Assembly (NCBI RefSeq): GCF_018977255.1
Contig: NW_024704742.1
Span: forward strand, 48,486,001 to 48,550,000
Length of the DNA stretch: 64,000 nt
Reading direction: 5' to 3'
DNA from: Callorhinchus milii
Lineage: Eukaryota
The position numbers and the translations under genes are program-made. Below the pieces are notes generated by a model. That model did no database searches, had not been told where the DNA came from, and was given only the letters and a program-made list of their open reading frames with translations. Below are positions 27,993 to 41,814 of this stretch, piece after piece. How positions within the stretch are numbered: the first letter of the stretch is position 1; the number at the start of each line of letters is the position of its first letter.

Positions 27993-28338
27993 TGTCAGCC
28001 AGACTGTGTTGGTAACACTCTTGAGTCAGAAAACTGAATTCAAGCTTCACATCAGGACTTTGACCTCATGTAGTGCTGCATTTTGGATGACACATTAAAC
28101 AAAAATCCCATCCACCTATACAGGTAGATGTTAAAGATCCCATGGCACTAATCAAAAAGAAAAGGGAATTTCAATCATTCACTTCATGGCTGTTTGTGGG
28201 ATATTGCTGTGCACAGATTGGCTGCTGCGTTCACCTACGGAATGCGCAGTCACTACACTTTGCAGTAAATCTTGAGAAATGCTTTGAGATGTCCTCCTAA
28301 CATGAAAAGCGTTATATCAAATGTGAGGATTATTATTT
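27993..28338 (+). mobile_element. SacSINE1/DeuSINE-like SINE (further copies near 3400-3660, 17838-18340, 19490-19800, 22160-22452(-), 32590-32935, 42552-42835, 59892-60475)
   Basis: Same head, aaagatcccatggcacta motif, Deu core and tail. Confidence 0.75.
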
Positions 28339-29734
28339 GTAGAATTATGTATGTGGACTTTAGCCTTGAACAGAGTAAATGCAGTATTAAATAGCTCAGT
28401 TGTTTTTTATTTGAACTTATCCACTCTATCCCCTCTTGAGTCTCCACATTAGCTGGTCATTCACCCCATTTGACCGCTCTGACGCACAACAGCTGTCAGT
28501 TTTGCCTACAAAAAACAATAAATACACTTGAAGATAATTACTTGTGAAGCACTTTGCGATATTTCAATATGATAAGGCACTGTAAAAATGTGAGTTCTTT
28601 CTTTGAACTTATGTATGCTGTTCACTTCATTGGCTTTCCCGGGTAATACATTCTATGTCTGTTAGCTGCCGTATGAACAATCCTGCCCAAATTACAAGCC
28701 GACCTCCGAGAGGACCAACATTCTCAACAGTGGAAACAAACATGTTCTGCATAGGAGGGAGCCCTTCTGCTCCTTGTGTTTGTGTCACTGCCACCTATTT
28801 TGCTAAATTGTCCTTTTATAATCTATCCCACTTTTTAGCTCTTTCCCTCTTCAAACTTATCATGCTTCTGAAAACCTCTGTAAGATCATATCACTACTTT
28901 TCCAGAGAGAGCAAAGTTTAGCCCTCTTTAAACCTTTCCTCATACCTTAGATTCCTGAGCGCTGGGATAATTCCATTTTGGTTTACATTGCACCCTACAA
29001 AAGGAAGTAATATCCTCCCCAAGGTCTGGAACCAATGCAACATGTAGCTCTCCAGAAATGTCTCCCCAGTGGTTTACAGTCATGGTATCAGTTCTAGTGA
29101 TTTATATTTCCTGCTAATGCAATCTAGCACCTTACATTTCTTTCTCTTCATTATTTCCTCCAAAGATGGTTCCATACCATATATGGTTATCAGATTACTG
29201 GCTTTCGAACTTTCAGTTCACGTTCAGATTAAATCATTACTTGGCAGAATTGGCTGATAATTTGCTATGCTTGTTGAGTTCTGTATTGCGAAACCATCGA
29301 CAGGCACTCACAGAAATGTGAGATCAAACCAAACAAGGCAGATGTGCGTTAGAGCCTAGTTAAACTGAGCAAAGGACAGCTAAGGCTGACAGCTCCTTGA
29401 GTTACACAACTGTATCCAGTTTAAATCGTTCACGTTAGCCGCTCCTCATTCCCAGTCTCAATGTCCTCATGAGTCACAAATATTTCAATGAATAGATCAT
29501 CAGAGAACTTAAAAGCGTAATTTACTAAATTTGTTTTAATCACCCAAAACTGACAAAACAGACTTACTTGTTTGCTGGTTCTGGAGCAAGTAAACTATCC
29601 CTAGGCTGAGGGGAGGTAGGGTGGGGATGGAGAAAAGAGAGAGAACATACCCAACATGCTGCCTATATCTGGAGAATACAGAAGTGGATTGACAGATCCA
29701 AGGCATTATTTTTGTAAGTAGGATGTCTGACACA

Positions 29735-30770
29735 TGTGGAGAAATGCGATCTGATACATTTTGGGAGGAAGAATGAGGAGAGGCAATATAAGCTGATGGT
29801 ACAATCTTAAAGGGGGTGAAGGAACAGAGAGACCTGGGGGTTCATTTGTGGAGTCCTGTAGCTCAGTGATTAGAGCACTCGCTTTGCAAGCGAGAGACCT
29901 GAGTTCAATTCCAGACAGGGCGAAACCTTGGACAAGTTTCCTTACTCCACACACCTAATAATAATCCCTCCAAAACCAAAAACAATAATAAATTGGTCAT
30001 TTTCAATCTACGACTGTTTGTGGGACATTGCTGTGCACAATTGGCTGCTGCGTTCGCCCACACAAAAAAATATACAGTCAATTCACTTTACAGTGTGTTC
30101 TGTGAAGCGTTTTGGGACGTCCTCCCGACGTGAAAAGCGCTATATCAAATGTAAGGATTATTATTATTATTATTATATAAGCAAATCTTTGAAGGTGGCA
30201 GGACAGGTAGATAGAGCTGTTAAAAAAGCATACGGGTAACTAGTCTTTATAAATAGGGGCATAGAAAGGTCAGGAAGTTATGACGAATCTTTATGAATCA
30301 CTGGTTAGGCCTCAGCTCGAGTACTGTGTTCAGTTCTGGGCCCCACACTTTAGGAAGGATGTCAAGGCATTGTAGAGGGTGCAAAGGAGATTTACCAGGA
30401 TGGTACCAGGAATGAGAGGCTTCAGTTATGAGGAGAGGCTAGAGAAACTGGGATTATTCTCCTTGCAGCAGAGAAGGTTAAGGGGAGATTTAAAAAAAGG
30501 TGTTCAAAATAAAAAAACAAAGGGGAGATGAGGAGAAATTTTTTCACACAGTGAGTTGTTCGGATCTGCAATGCATTGCCTGAAAGGGTGATAGGAACAG
30601 ATTCGATAACAACTTTCAAGTAGAAGTGGATAGATATTTGGCGAGGACAAATTTGCAAAGGAGAGCGGGGTAGTGGGATTAATTTGGATAGCTCTTTCAA
30701 AGAGCCAGTACAGGCACGATGGACAGAATGGCCTTCTTCTGAGCTGTATAATTCTATGATTCGATGATTC
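29735..30770 (+). mobile_element. CR1 LINE 3' fragment interrupted by a SINE
   Basis: ORF2 C-terminal motifs [33 protein letters not shown]; tail gaatggccttcttctgagctgtataattctatgattc. Confidence 0.88.
29848..30176 (+). mobile_element. Young full-length tRNA-derived SINE (short variant), Deu-like core, L2-like tail, (ATT)n end; inserted in a CR1 fragment
   Basis: tRNA-like head with A box (TAGCTCAGTGA) and B box (GTTCAATTCC), arm CTCGC-TTTGCAA-GCGAG, core gactgtttgtgggacattgctgtgcacaattggctgc, tail gacgtcctcccgacgtgaaaagcgctatatcaaatg. Many copies in the window. Confidence 0.9.
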
Positions 30771-33700
30771 TAACATGCAGAAACCCATCACCATGCTTAA
30801 GAGTATCCAAACCAAACTGAAAATTCAATGCATCCCATCTACACATGGAAATCCAGGAGATAGATTATTGGAATGGAATGTCCTGGAGGGATGTATTCTA
30901 CTTACCTAATTCCAGAAAGTATTAGGTACAAATGGATGGGATGAAAGCAGGTTAGTGTTCTGGAAGGAAACTCAGAAGTTCATGGTAACCTGGACTGAGA
31001 CCCTTGACCCTTTGGTGAAAAAGTAATCACATCAGCAACTATACTACATTACTGGGTTCCCATTCCAATTTGTTACAAATAACCCTTGCATCCAATATAG
31101 TAACTTTCACAATAGGAGGACGCCTCAAAGCACTGGTTAGGGTGACCTTCATCCTGTCACAGTAGAAGTCTCAAGTTATGCTTTGCAGTCACTGCTTTGT
31201 GATTCCTTGAAAGAATAGAATATGTTAGACCCTCAGGCAAAGTTTGATAAACTGCTCGTAAGTATGTAGCAAGAATGGCCAGAGGCTCTGCCATTTATAT
31301 CAGGGAAGCACTGAGTATGTATTACAATACTTTTGTATTGCTTTCATCCTCTGTGTGAACATTAGATACTGCGATTTGTAAGAGAACTCTTTCCTAAGAA
31401 TATTTATTGCAACTTATTAGATAGAATAAGTATTTTCTACTGTGATAATTTTTTGCTCAAATAAATATTACAGGACTATTGTACCATCAACTATTTAAGT
31501 AGCTAAATAATTATCTGGGGAGGAGATGTTTGCAGGGCTATGAGGGGAGAGTGGGGGAGTGGGATTGATTTGGGTGGCTCTTTTCATAGAGCTAGCATAG
31601 ACACGATGGGCCGAATGGCCTCCTTCTAAGCTGTATAATTCTATGATTCTATGATCTAAGTTCATTATACTATGACCATAGCTAGAATCCGCCTTGCAAT
31701 CTAAATAGTCATTGCTGTTTGTGAGACAATACTATGCACTAATTTGCCATCACATTTACTTATAAAATACAATCACTCGTCTCTACAGTAAATCTTGGGA
31801 AGCGCTTTGAGACGTTTCAAAGATATGATAAGGCATTATACCAACTGCAAGGATTATTTTTCCCTAGATGCAATGAGGCCAAGTATCTAACGCCCAATGC
31901 AGCTGAAACCCTCATTCACACTTTCGTGACCACCCTCCTTGCTTTTTCCAATGCTCTCCTCGCCAGTATCCCAGGTCCACCACCTACAAAATCCAACTGA
32001 TCCACCCATTTTCACCCATACCAGGCTCCGCACCCCTAATATCTTAGTCCTTGCCAGGCTTTACTTGCCCCATATTGCAGAACTGATCAATTTCAAGATC
32101 CTCACCCTTACTTACAAATCAATTCACAACCTAGCTCCTCCCTGTCTCTCTGACGTCCTTACACCCCACTCGCCCCTTCGCTCAACTAACTCCAGCCTTC
32201 TACAAGTCCCTCATCCCCTTCACTCCACCAACAGCAATCATGCTTTCAGCCACTACACCCCAAATTCAGGAACTCTGCTTCAATCCCTCCACCTCTTGCC
32301 CCTTAAAGATCTACTTTCCTCTTTGATCATCCCTACGGTCACCACCCGTCTCTCCCCAATTTCATTTCAAGTTCCACCACAGTTTGAATTGCTTCAAAAT
32401 TTGCTGGAATCAGCACCTCTAATGGCTATCTTTGACGCAAATTATTTTAGGCCATGGTGAGTAATGTTTATGTTTAGCTCTGTTCTGACCACAAAACCGT
32501 TTTGAGGATTTTGTTCCCAAAACAATTATGTTGGTGTATTTTTGTTGTATCCTGAATAATTCTCATTCTTGGCACCGTGCTTTAATACTTAGTAGCACTC
32601 TCGCCTGAGTCAGAAGAATGTGAGTTCAAGGCCCAAGTAGGGACTTTAAGCTCAAAGTACAGGTTTAAACTTGAAGTTCAGCACCTCCAATAATATTGAG
32701 TACAGGCAAACTTTAAACATCGCGTGACACAACTCAAAAAGAAAATGGAGTTTCTCCCGGTTTCCTGGTGAAAAATCCCCCAGATAAAAATTGGGCAGTT
32801 GCTTCAGTGGGACAAACGCAAGCACAGATTGGCTGTGTGTTCGCCTACAAAATACATAGTCACTACACTTAATAGTATATCCTGTGAAACTCTTTAAATG
32901 TCCTCCCAATGTGAAAGGAGCTATATCAAATGTAAAAAAATTACATGATTTTTCTTCTCACCAATTTTCTTCACTTTTTTACAATCGCATTTAACTTATC
33001 TTTCCTTCTACTGAGGTACAGTCCATGAATACTCCAATATTTTGTCTGAGCTGGCTTTATTCAAGCATGAACCTCAACAGTATGTGTTGGTTGGGGTAGG
33101 AAAGAGAACATCACAGTTGAGTCCACCTACTTACGCACACAAACACACACACATAACACAGGAATTCTAGAAAGTGATCAGGAATGGGAACCCTGGCAAT
33201 ATGTTTCCCTTCAAAACCAGGGACACTAAAGCCGAACTCCAAATGAGATCAACCAACTCAACACAGACCTAGGGTAAAACATTGGCTGTCCAGCTGACTC
33301 ATTAACTCACTGAATAAACTCTCCAACCCATCAGAAAAGTGTGATTTTTGGCAAAGTTTAATAAAGCTTTCAGTCCACATAAAGCCATCCCTTAATTTCA
33401 GTCACATTGCAGGATAAGGAACGAGCTAGAAATCAGGAAAACAGATTGCCCTTTATGGCTCTTCAATAATCTCCAGTTATTATAATTCATGCACGTATTA
33501 AACAACACCACTACACATTAGATCTGAAAAGCATTTGACTAATACACCCAAATAGATCATTATGGTTTCTTGGCAGACGTGCTCAAAGGGAGGAATGATT
33601 GCTTCAGGCTGAGAATGGAAATGTTTTTCAAATGCAAACACAAAGCACCTCTTTCACTGTACCGTCAATGCTCTGAAACACACTTTTTACTGTATCTACA

Positions 33701-36700
33701 CACAATTCACTCCAGTTGGCCAATTCTGCTGCTGCTCAGCAATGCATATGGTACAGCTCCGAACTCAGGATTCTCCACCTGCTATTGCAGCAAATCCACA
33801 GAGGGCTTGACAAAGTGCTCAAACAGCTAAACCATCTCATCAGTTGTGCATTGTGATGGGGGAAAAAAAGCTGTACGATGCAAACTTTATTCTGTGGTTT
33901 TCTAAGGAGATCTCAGGGTGGTGGTAGCTCAATTGACTGCTGCGTTTCGCCACAAATATACAGTCAATTCACTTTACAGTATATTTAGTGAAGCACTTTG
34001 AGACCTCTAAAAGACGTGAAAAGCGCTATATCAAATACAAGGATTATTATTATTATTACTATTATCACTACAGAGAACAATGTCAATGTTGACTGTTAAT
34101 GGGGAGGTAAGAATAATGTTTTTTCAAACAGAGAGTTATTTGAACATGGAATGTTTATTTACATTCCATGTAACTGGCTATTGATGCTAAGATCGTGACA
34201 ACTTTGAAAAGGAAACTGAATACATATTTGAACATTGGGGAAATGTGATTGATATACATCTGTATATACAGGGTGACCAAAACATCATCATAACTACCCT
34301 ATTATCTAAAAAAAATCATCATTTCTTTAAGACTTATTAGATATTGTAATAGTATCACAACGTTTTGGTTACCCTGTAGTTGTTCCAGTGATGGAGCTTG
34401 CATATAGGTTGCAATAGGCTGAATGGCCTCCCTCTATGATTCTACATAGAAACTCCACATTCAATAAAAAAAGGAAGGCTACAAAAAGCATTGAATCGAT
34501 GAAGGATTTCAGCTCTCCACTCAAAATGGTACTCTCTTCTGTCCTGACTTGCCTTCCAATACTGAGGATGATATCAGGGATGAAAGGATATGATGACAAG
34601 CTGAAAATCTGAGGGTGTATTCACTGGATTAGAGAAGGTTAAGAGGGGATCTAACTGAAGCATTCAAAATTACAAAAGGGTTTGAGAAAGATAAACACTG
34701 AAAGATTATTCCACTGTTCGGTGAATCGTCAACGAGATTATCACCAGAAGCATAAAGATGGAGCTTAGTTAGAGGAGGTTTTTTACACAAAGCATTATTA
34801 TGAGGTAATAATCAGGAGCATTATACAAGTGTTTTTTGAAGCAGAATCACTAAATTAAACAACACTTGAATAATTACAATATAAAAGATCATGGGGAAAC
34901 AGCAGGTAAATAGGATTAGAGTAAATAGCTCTCGTGGGGAATTAGAAGAGCACAGACCCAATGGGCCAAGTGGCCTTCTATGCTGAAATGTCTATGATTA
35001 GGAGTTAAATCAGGGAACTGAATTGCAATGAAGTGAGTGAACTAAATCTTTAAATAAGTTATGCAAATAAGCTGTCATTTACATTATATTACAGAGCAGG
35101 TTTTGAAAGATGTGGCAAAAACAAGAAGCGATGTATTAATTTGGTAAATTTATACAATCATCTCTTAGTTCTTCACTGATACGGTTTAGACTTTCAACTC
35201 ATCGTTCAGGGAAAGCCTAAGAGCAGATATTTTGGGTAGACAAGTGACCATTTAGACAAGGACAATGAACTGCGGGTAATTTGAAACCATTAACCATAAA
35301 AGTATCTTCTACCATTTACGATCACATGAAAATTCAACGGAACATTCATCCTCTTAATATAACTGAGGTGCTAAAAATGTCAAATGCCTATAAGGAGACC
35401 ACTGCCTATTGACCTACCCTTCATCTTGCAATTTAGGCTTATTTATGCTTTCCAACTGCTGCCACAGTCCATTTTCCATTTCAAATGTCCTTAAAAAGGC
35501 TAATCTACACCATATATTTTCGCCCACAAAATATACGGCCAATTCACTTTACAGTATATTCTGTAAAGTGCTTTGAGATGTCTCGAAGATGTAATAAGGT
35601 GCTATGTGCAAATGCAAGGATTATTCTTCTATCTGTTCCAGGCTCTTTCCAATCAGCAAGCCCACGAGCTTAGCACAGGATTAACAGGCTAGTGCACCAG
35701 CATCTGTTTACCTTTAACATTTAGGAAGATGTAGTACTTCAGTAAATACCCTTCTAAATAAAGTGGCACTCAAAACAGTTTGGGGGAAATCAAGGTGTGT
35801 GATATTATCGCCAGTGATACTTATTAAATCAAACAGAAAATGCAGTCAAATCAATCAATTGATATTGGCCTCATGATGGAACACTCCCAATTCCAAGGCC
35901 AGTGATAACTTCTGACCACAGTTCTTGTTGGTATGATACTATCACTTACTGCGNTTTTTTCTTAGTGGAGTGACAATAAGCAAGGCACATTTCAGCACCA
36001 ATGAGTGAGATCATCCCTGTGATATCCAATTATGCGGCAAAACCCCATTCTTATTTTTTCCATATAGGAAGCTGTTTCCTCACAGGGTGAAACTAAAAAC
36101 AAGTAGCGTCAGATTGCTCTCAATCACTTTCCCTCCACGGTCTTGCTCTTCATTACCTCTATCACCTCCTTAAACCTTACCAACCTGTCTGCTACCTCCC
36201 CTCCCCGGGTACTGGCCTGCTCCATGTCCCTCCACCCTGCCAAAATCCTTTACATTGGAGGTTGGGCCTTTAGCCTTTCTGTACCAACCTTCTGGAACTC
36301 TATCCCGGAGCCACTCCACCTAGTCTCCATCCTTGCCTCCTTCAAGACCCAGCTCAAGAACTTTCTCTTCGACTGTGCCTTTGGTCATCTTCCCACCACT
36401 AACCCCCTCTTGCCCTCCACATCTTGGGACGTCCTCACGACATGAAAGGAGCTGTATAAATGCAATTTGTTGTTGTTTCTAGCAACCTGCTCAAAATCAG
36501 TAATCTTACAGGCAAAGGCACTTGCATAAGTTGCAGCCCACCACATTTAACCAACAGAATGTATGTATTCCTTTTGCTAAGAATGTGACTAGTATCTACG
36601 GCTGAGGGGCAACTCTCTGAAATTAACTCATCAGACGTTAAAGTAATTTGCATTTATATCGAACCTTGCGTCTTGATATCCTTTACAAAATATAACTAAT

Positions 36701-39496
36701 GGAAATCATGGACAGAGTGCCTGTAACGTCAAAATGTCTCAAAGTGCTTCACTTAGGAATTGCTATCTAGGATAATGATTATATTTGTAGGCAAACACAT
36801 CAGCTGGGAACAAGAAAAACCCTGCAAACATTTACGAAGTGAGTAACAACAACACATTTCATTTGTGTAGTGCCTTTCAGGTCAGAAGTACATCCCAAAG
36901 TGCTGGACAGTCAGGGATCCGCACCCGAGCTGGTGGTTGTGGGACCAATTTTATCCAGAGGATTCTTGTCAGGACACGAGAAGAAACTCTCTTCTCTTTT
37001 AGGGGACCTTTAATGATAATCTGGAAAGGCGGATAGGTCTTTGGTTTAGCATGTCATCTGAAGGACAGCAGCAATGCAATGCTGTACTCTCCACCTAGCA
37101 TTGCACTGGAGATAACCCCTGGCCTTCATTAAAGTGAGAGTAGATATGATCTAAGCAAATGTGGCAGTTAATCAACGCCAGCAACATCACATGATGTGCA
37201 ACATGAGTAACCAATTAATTTGAAGTTGGGGTCCATTTTGGTTCCGGTAGATACGGTAGTGCCCCAGAGGAAAAATAATTGACATTTTGTTTCAAGAAAG
37301 GAAAACTTGTGGGCTTTGAAACAATGGTTAAAATTGCTCCCTGAGGCTTACAAAAGATGATATAGTGCGAGGAATGATGCTGGACACAGTATTATGCCAC
37401 ATTAAAACCTCTTGCATTTGGAGGTAATATTATAATGCTGCTCTCCGTAACTGATCCCATTGCCCCCATAGAGGAAAAAATAGCTATCTGTGCAAAGTAA
37501 TACTGCACTTGATTTGATCCTAAAGTGAGTCCAACACATGGATTGACTATTTTCTCCACAAAGCATCTTTATAGCGTTAAACACTTTCAAGAGTTTCGTT
37601 GTTAAGACTTCACTCACTTTATTCACCCTGGGGAGGTACATGGGAATGCACAGGACTTGAAAAGATCATTGTGGTTCATTTAGCCATTCTCCAACATAGT
37701 AATAATAATATAAAATCCTATGTTACACAAACAACAACTTGCGCTTGAATTGTGAACTTTGATGCATAAAAATAACTTCAAATCCCTTCATGGAGACAGA
37801 ATGGGAGTCTGAGGTAGTGGTGTGAACTGAAGGCTAAGAGGGTTCTTTGAAAGTGCAGACAAAGAGAAAAAAAAATTCTAGATGGGTTTGGCAAGTAGAG
37901 AGGGAGGGTGCGAGGTGGGTGGATTTAGGAAGTATTCCAGAGAGTGGGGGCAAAGTGGTTGAAAGCTCATCATTGACCGGGGTGGGGGATATGGGGGAAC
38001 TCCTTTATATAGCTCATGTATCTCTCATACTCCTCAATGACTTCTTCTTCATATAGCTGTCAAATTCACTCTCTAAATAAGGGAGGGAGGAGAAGCAGGG
38101 CCTCCTTGGAGATGAGCTGGCTCCAAGGTGATGTGATTGGCAACAGAATGTCAGAAATAAGTCAACCATCTTTGATGGTTTCCTTAGTCCGGATCCTGAG
38201 CCAGGAGAATGCACAGTATTCTAGGCCATTGCTGATGACAGACCAGCAAGCCTGGCTTGTCGGAAGGATTTGGAGAGATAAGCTGATCACTGGAGCGGCA
38301 GAGATTCTTCCCACTTAGCTCATGTTTTCCTTGCAAGTCAAAGCCCTAGCCGGAGAGAGGTCCTAGATAGATATGCAGCAGGAAGTTTGATAGATAGTGG
38401 TCTAATACAAGTTATGTACAGTGGTAAGGTATGCAGAAATTTCCATGCTTAGGTGGTATACCTATGTGGAACTCTTCGTTTGGTTTGGATACTCTTAAAT
38501 ATGGTGATGGGTTCCTACTTGTCTCAGGAAATGTGGCGTTTCTCTTGGTATCCTGGCCAACAATCTTTCAGCTAAAAATGGCCATTCACTTCATGGCTAT
38601 TTCTGTGTACAAATTGGTTGCAATGTTCACCTAAAAATACACAATCTCTATAACTGTAAAATCCTGTGAAACGCCTTGAGATGTTTTGACAATATGATAA
38701 GGTGTTATATTAAATGCAAGGATTATTATTATCTAATCCTTTCTTAAAAACTAATATGGAATCTGTTGGAACCACAGTTCCAAGTAGGGCATCATATCCT
38801 GAGTGTAAAAAAAAATCCCCTATCTAAAATTTTCTGAAATCTATGCCCTCTAGTTACTGACTCACTGATCCGTGGAAATAATTTCTCCCTGTTTACATTA
38901 TTGAAACTGCTCAGAATTTTAAAAACGGTATCAGATCTCTCAAACTTCTCTCTTTTCAGGAAATTAACCTAAATTCTCCAATCTTTTCTCACAAGTAAAA
39001 CCTCTCTTCCCCGGTTTATGTCTACAAACCCATTGAACTCTTTCAATATACACAACTACACACATTTTAACGACTCATTATTGTTTATTGTCAGTTCCAA
39101 ATAGCAATGAAAGAGCATCTGCTCCATCTCCATGTACAATCTTTATTCACACTTAGCAACGTATGGGAAACTCTGAAATGATCTGGAAAATGATAATGTG
39201 GCACTTGTTCCTTATTGAGTTATTATATCTGTTGTGTGCAATTGGCTGCTGCATTTCGCCCATAATCAATTCACTTTACAGTATATTCTGTGAAGCGCTT
39301 TGAGACGGCTTAACGACGTGATAAGGCGCTATATCAAATACAAGGATTATTATATTCAAACAGTCAAACCAAGGTCTCGAGTGACTATTCACTGTTTTTT
39401 ATTCAGTTGGAATATGGTGCTATTTTATGCCCAACACCTATTTTTAATAAACATGCCTCGCTTCTATAAGACTGCTACGTCTAATTTAAATGCACA

Positions 39497-39918
39497 CCTA
39501 CAAGGCCTCACCTACAAGGCCATTCACGGCCTCACTCCCTCCTACCTCTCCGACCTACTATCCCCCTACCTACCTGCCCGTACCCTCCGTTCCTCTGGCT
39601 CCGGTCTGCTCCACATCCCCCGCCCCAACCGCCCTACCATCGGTGGCCGGGCCTTCAGCCTCTCAGCCCCTCTATCTCCCAGTGCCTTCGCCGCCTCCTC
39701 CCTTTCCTCCTTCAAGACCGGTCTCAAGACCTTTCTCTTTGACCGTGCCTTCAGCTTCCCTCTCGACTCTCTACCCCCTCCTCGCTCCCTCCCTTCCCTC
39801 CCCTCACCCTGACCATTTCCCCCCTGCTCGGGTCCTGACCCAACTGTACAGCGCCTTGGGACGTCCTCCCGACGTGAAAGGCGCTCAATAAATGGAATCT
39901 TGTTGTTGTTGTTGTTGT
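39497..39918 (+). mobile_element. L2 LINE 3' end (young)
   Basis: LTYKAIHGLTPSYLSDLL...RTLRSS...TIGGRAFS; tail gggacgtcctcccgacgtgaaaggcgct...(TGT)n. Confidence 0.9.
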
Positions 39919-41226
39919 ATTGTAGGCAAGCTTTTCAGTATGTAGAAACAGCGTCTCAAAGATAGTACCTCTGACAATGCTGAGCTCCAAAATCACTGCA
40001 GTGCCAGGTTAGACTGTGAGCTTAAAGTCCCAACAATAGCCGTGAACCCTACACCTTGTGGCTCAGCCGAGAATGCTACCAACTGAACCAGGCTGATCTG
40101 AGATAACGAAGAAGAAAATTTAACAAGCACAAACACCATGAAAGAATATATTTGCTCAGCAAAATACCATATTTGCTTAAATCTAAGGCACATTTCTTTC
40201 ATCAAATGTAACTCCAAAATCAAGTTGCAACCTAAAATAAATGACATTTTATAATGTCAATACATTTATCTCCCTCATCTCCCAAACCTGCCAAACTTTT
40301 CCTGCATCTCAGATCCAGGGGCACCTTAGATTCAAGTAAATCCAGAATTACAATTGTGATATATCTGCCATACAAATCTCTTTTTGGCGAGTGTGAATAA
40401 ATATAGGTGTTCACCTATAATATATGCAATGAATCCTATGAAGCATTTTGCGATGTCCTCCAGCCGTGTGAAAGACACCATATCAAATGTAAGAATTATT
40501 ATTATTATATGGATGTTAGTTCACTAGTCTTGTTTCAGTCTTTAATAAATGATTGCACGGCTGGCAGACACAAGTAACTCTAATCATTGATTTCTGGCAT
40601 CATCTATTGAGTTGGAGGTTCTATCAGGATTGTTTGGAGCCATGGAATGGTCTGGGGCGGAGTGGGCTGAATAACCTTCTCTGTTCCTAAATAACAATGC
40701 TCCTAGTGAATCTCTGCTGTATTATTTCCAGGACTTTCTTTAACAGGGTGCCCAAACAGGATGCAATGCATCTAACCAATATCTTGTTCAAATTTAATAT
40801 TGCCTCCTTGCTCTTGTATTCAAAGCAGCTACTGACATTTCCATTTGCTAACAGGCAACGAAAGTTCTGCTCACTCCTCGGAATACACTGCACAGATTTT
40901 CAATATGAATATTTACAGCTGCGATCAAGAGTATATGTGAATGCACAGGAAGACTCCAGGAACATGGAAGAAAAGCCTACAGACAGTAACAAGGCGAGTT
41001 TCCTTTGAAAGGGGGGAAAAAAGCAAACACTACTAACTTTATATAGTCCCAGCTAGGGCCTCCACTATACTGAGGAGCGAAAAAAAGTACATTTTAGATT
41101 CTCACCTGCATAAATACTGCCCCCACCACATACTCCCAGAGTGTTGCTGGCAGCTTGGCATGAGCTCAGCTTGTGTCACTAATTTTTTAAAGGACTGATG
41201 ATTTTCGCTCTCTTATTTTCTTTTCT

Positions 41227-41589
41227 GTGAAGTCCTGTACTGTAGTGGTTAGCATGCTAGCCTCGCAAGTGAGACGATCCGGGTTCGATTCCCAGGCAGG
41301 GTGAAACCTGAGGCAAGTTTCCTTATTCCACATCCATGTTTACCTAGCAGTTAAGTAGGAACCTGGTTGTTGGTCGATTGGCAGATGGCTTTCCAGGGTA
41401 ATAATCCCTCCCCGCACCAAAAAAAATTGTGGTCACTCAATCAGCGACTGTTTGTGGGACACTGCTGTGCCCAATTGGCTGCCATGTTTCGCCCACAAAA
41501 TATACAGTCAATTCACTTTACAATATATTCTGTGAAGCGCTTTGAAGACATGATGAAGCGCTACATGAAATGCAAGGATTATTATTATT
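41227..41589 (+). mobile_element. Same tRNA-SINE family, long variant
   Basis: Head GTTCGATTCC, extra internal segment, Deu-like core and (ATT)n tail. Confidence 0.88.
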
Positions 41590-41814
41590 AACAAATGTAC
41601 ACACAAATCCGTGGTAGTTTCACAGTCTTAAGCTTTTCCACTCTGATTACGTGTAACTGGTTAAATTCCATGGATCACCCCCTTCCCCATTCCCCCTCTC
41701 CCTCCCGCTCAGCAATCAATATTATTTCAATGCTTCTCTATAAACAACCTGTGTTTGTTTTAAACAATGAAAGTATGGATCGTTGTGTGTACAGATGCCT
41801 GAAGTTTTACCTAC

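Noticed and set aside
29849..29925. tRNA-Ala(UGC)-like cloverleaf
   Set aside because: It is the head of a multi-copy SINE. The T-arm is imperfect, the anticodon varies between copies, and it runs directly into the SINE body.
31939..32460. 173-aa ORF (also 39300-39812 and 26810-27287)
   Set aside because: Decayed L2 ORF2 C-terminal remnants, not host genes.
35954..35954. Single N base
   Set aside because: Assembly ambiguity or join; spacing across it may be unreliable.
40875..41002. Possible cryptic exon with a strong polypyrimidine tract
   Set aside because: AAG acceptor, early stop in the phase-1 frame, no supporting homology.
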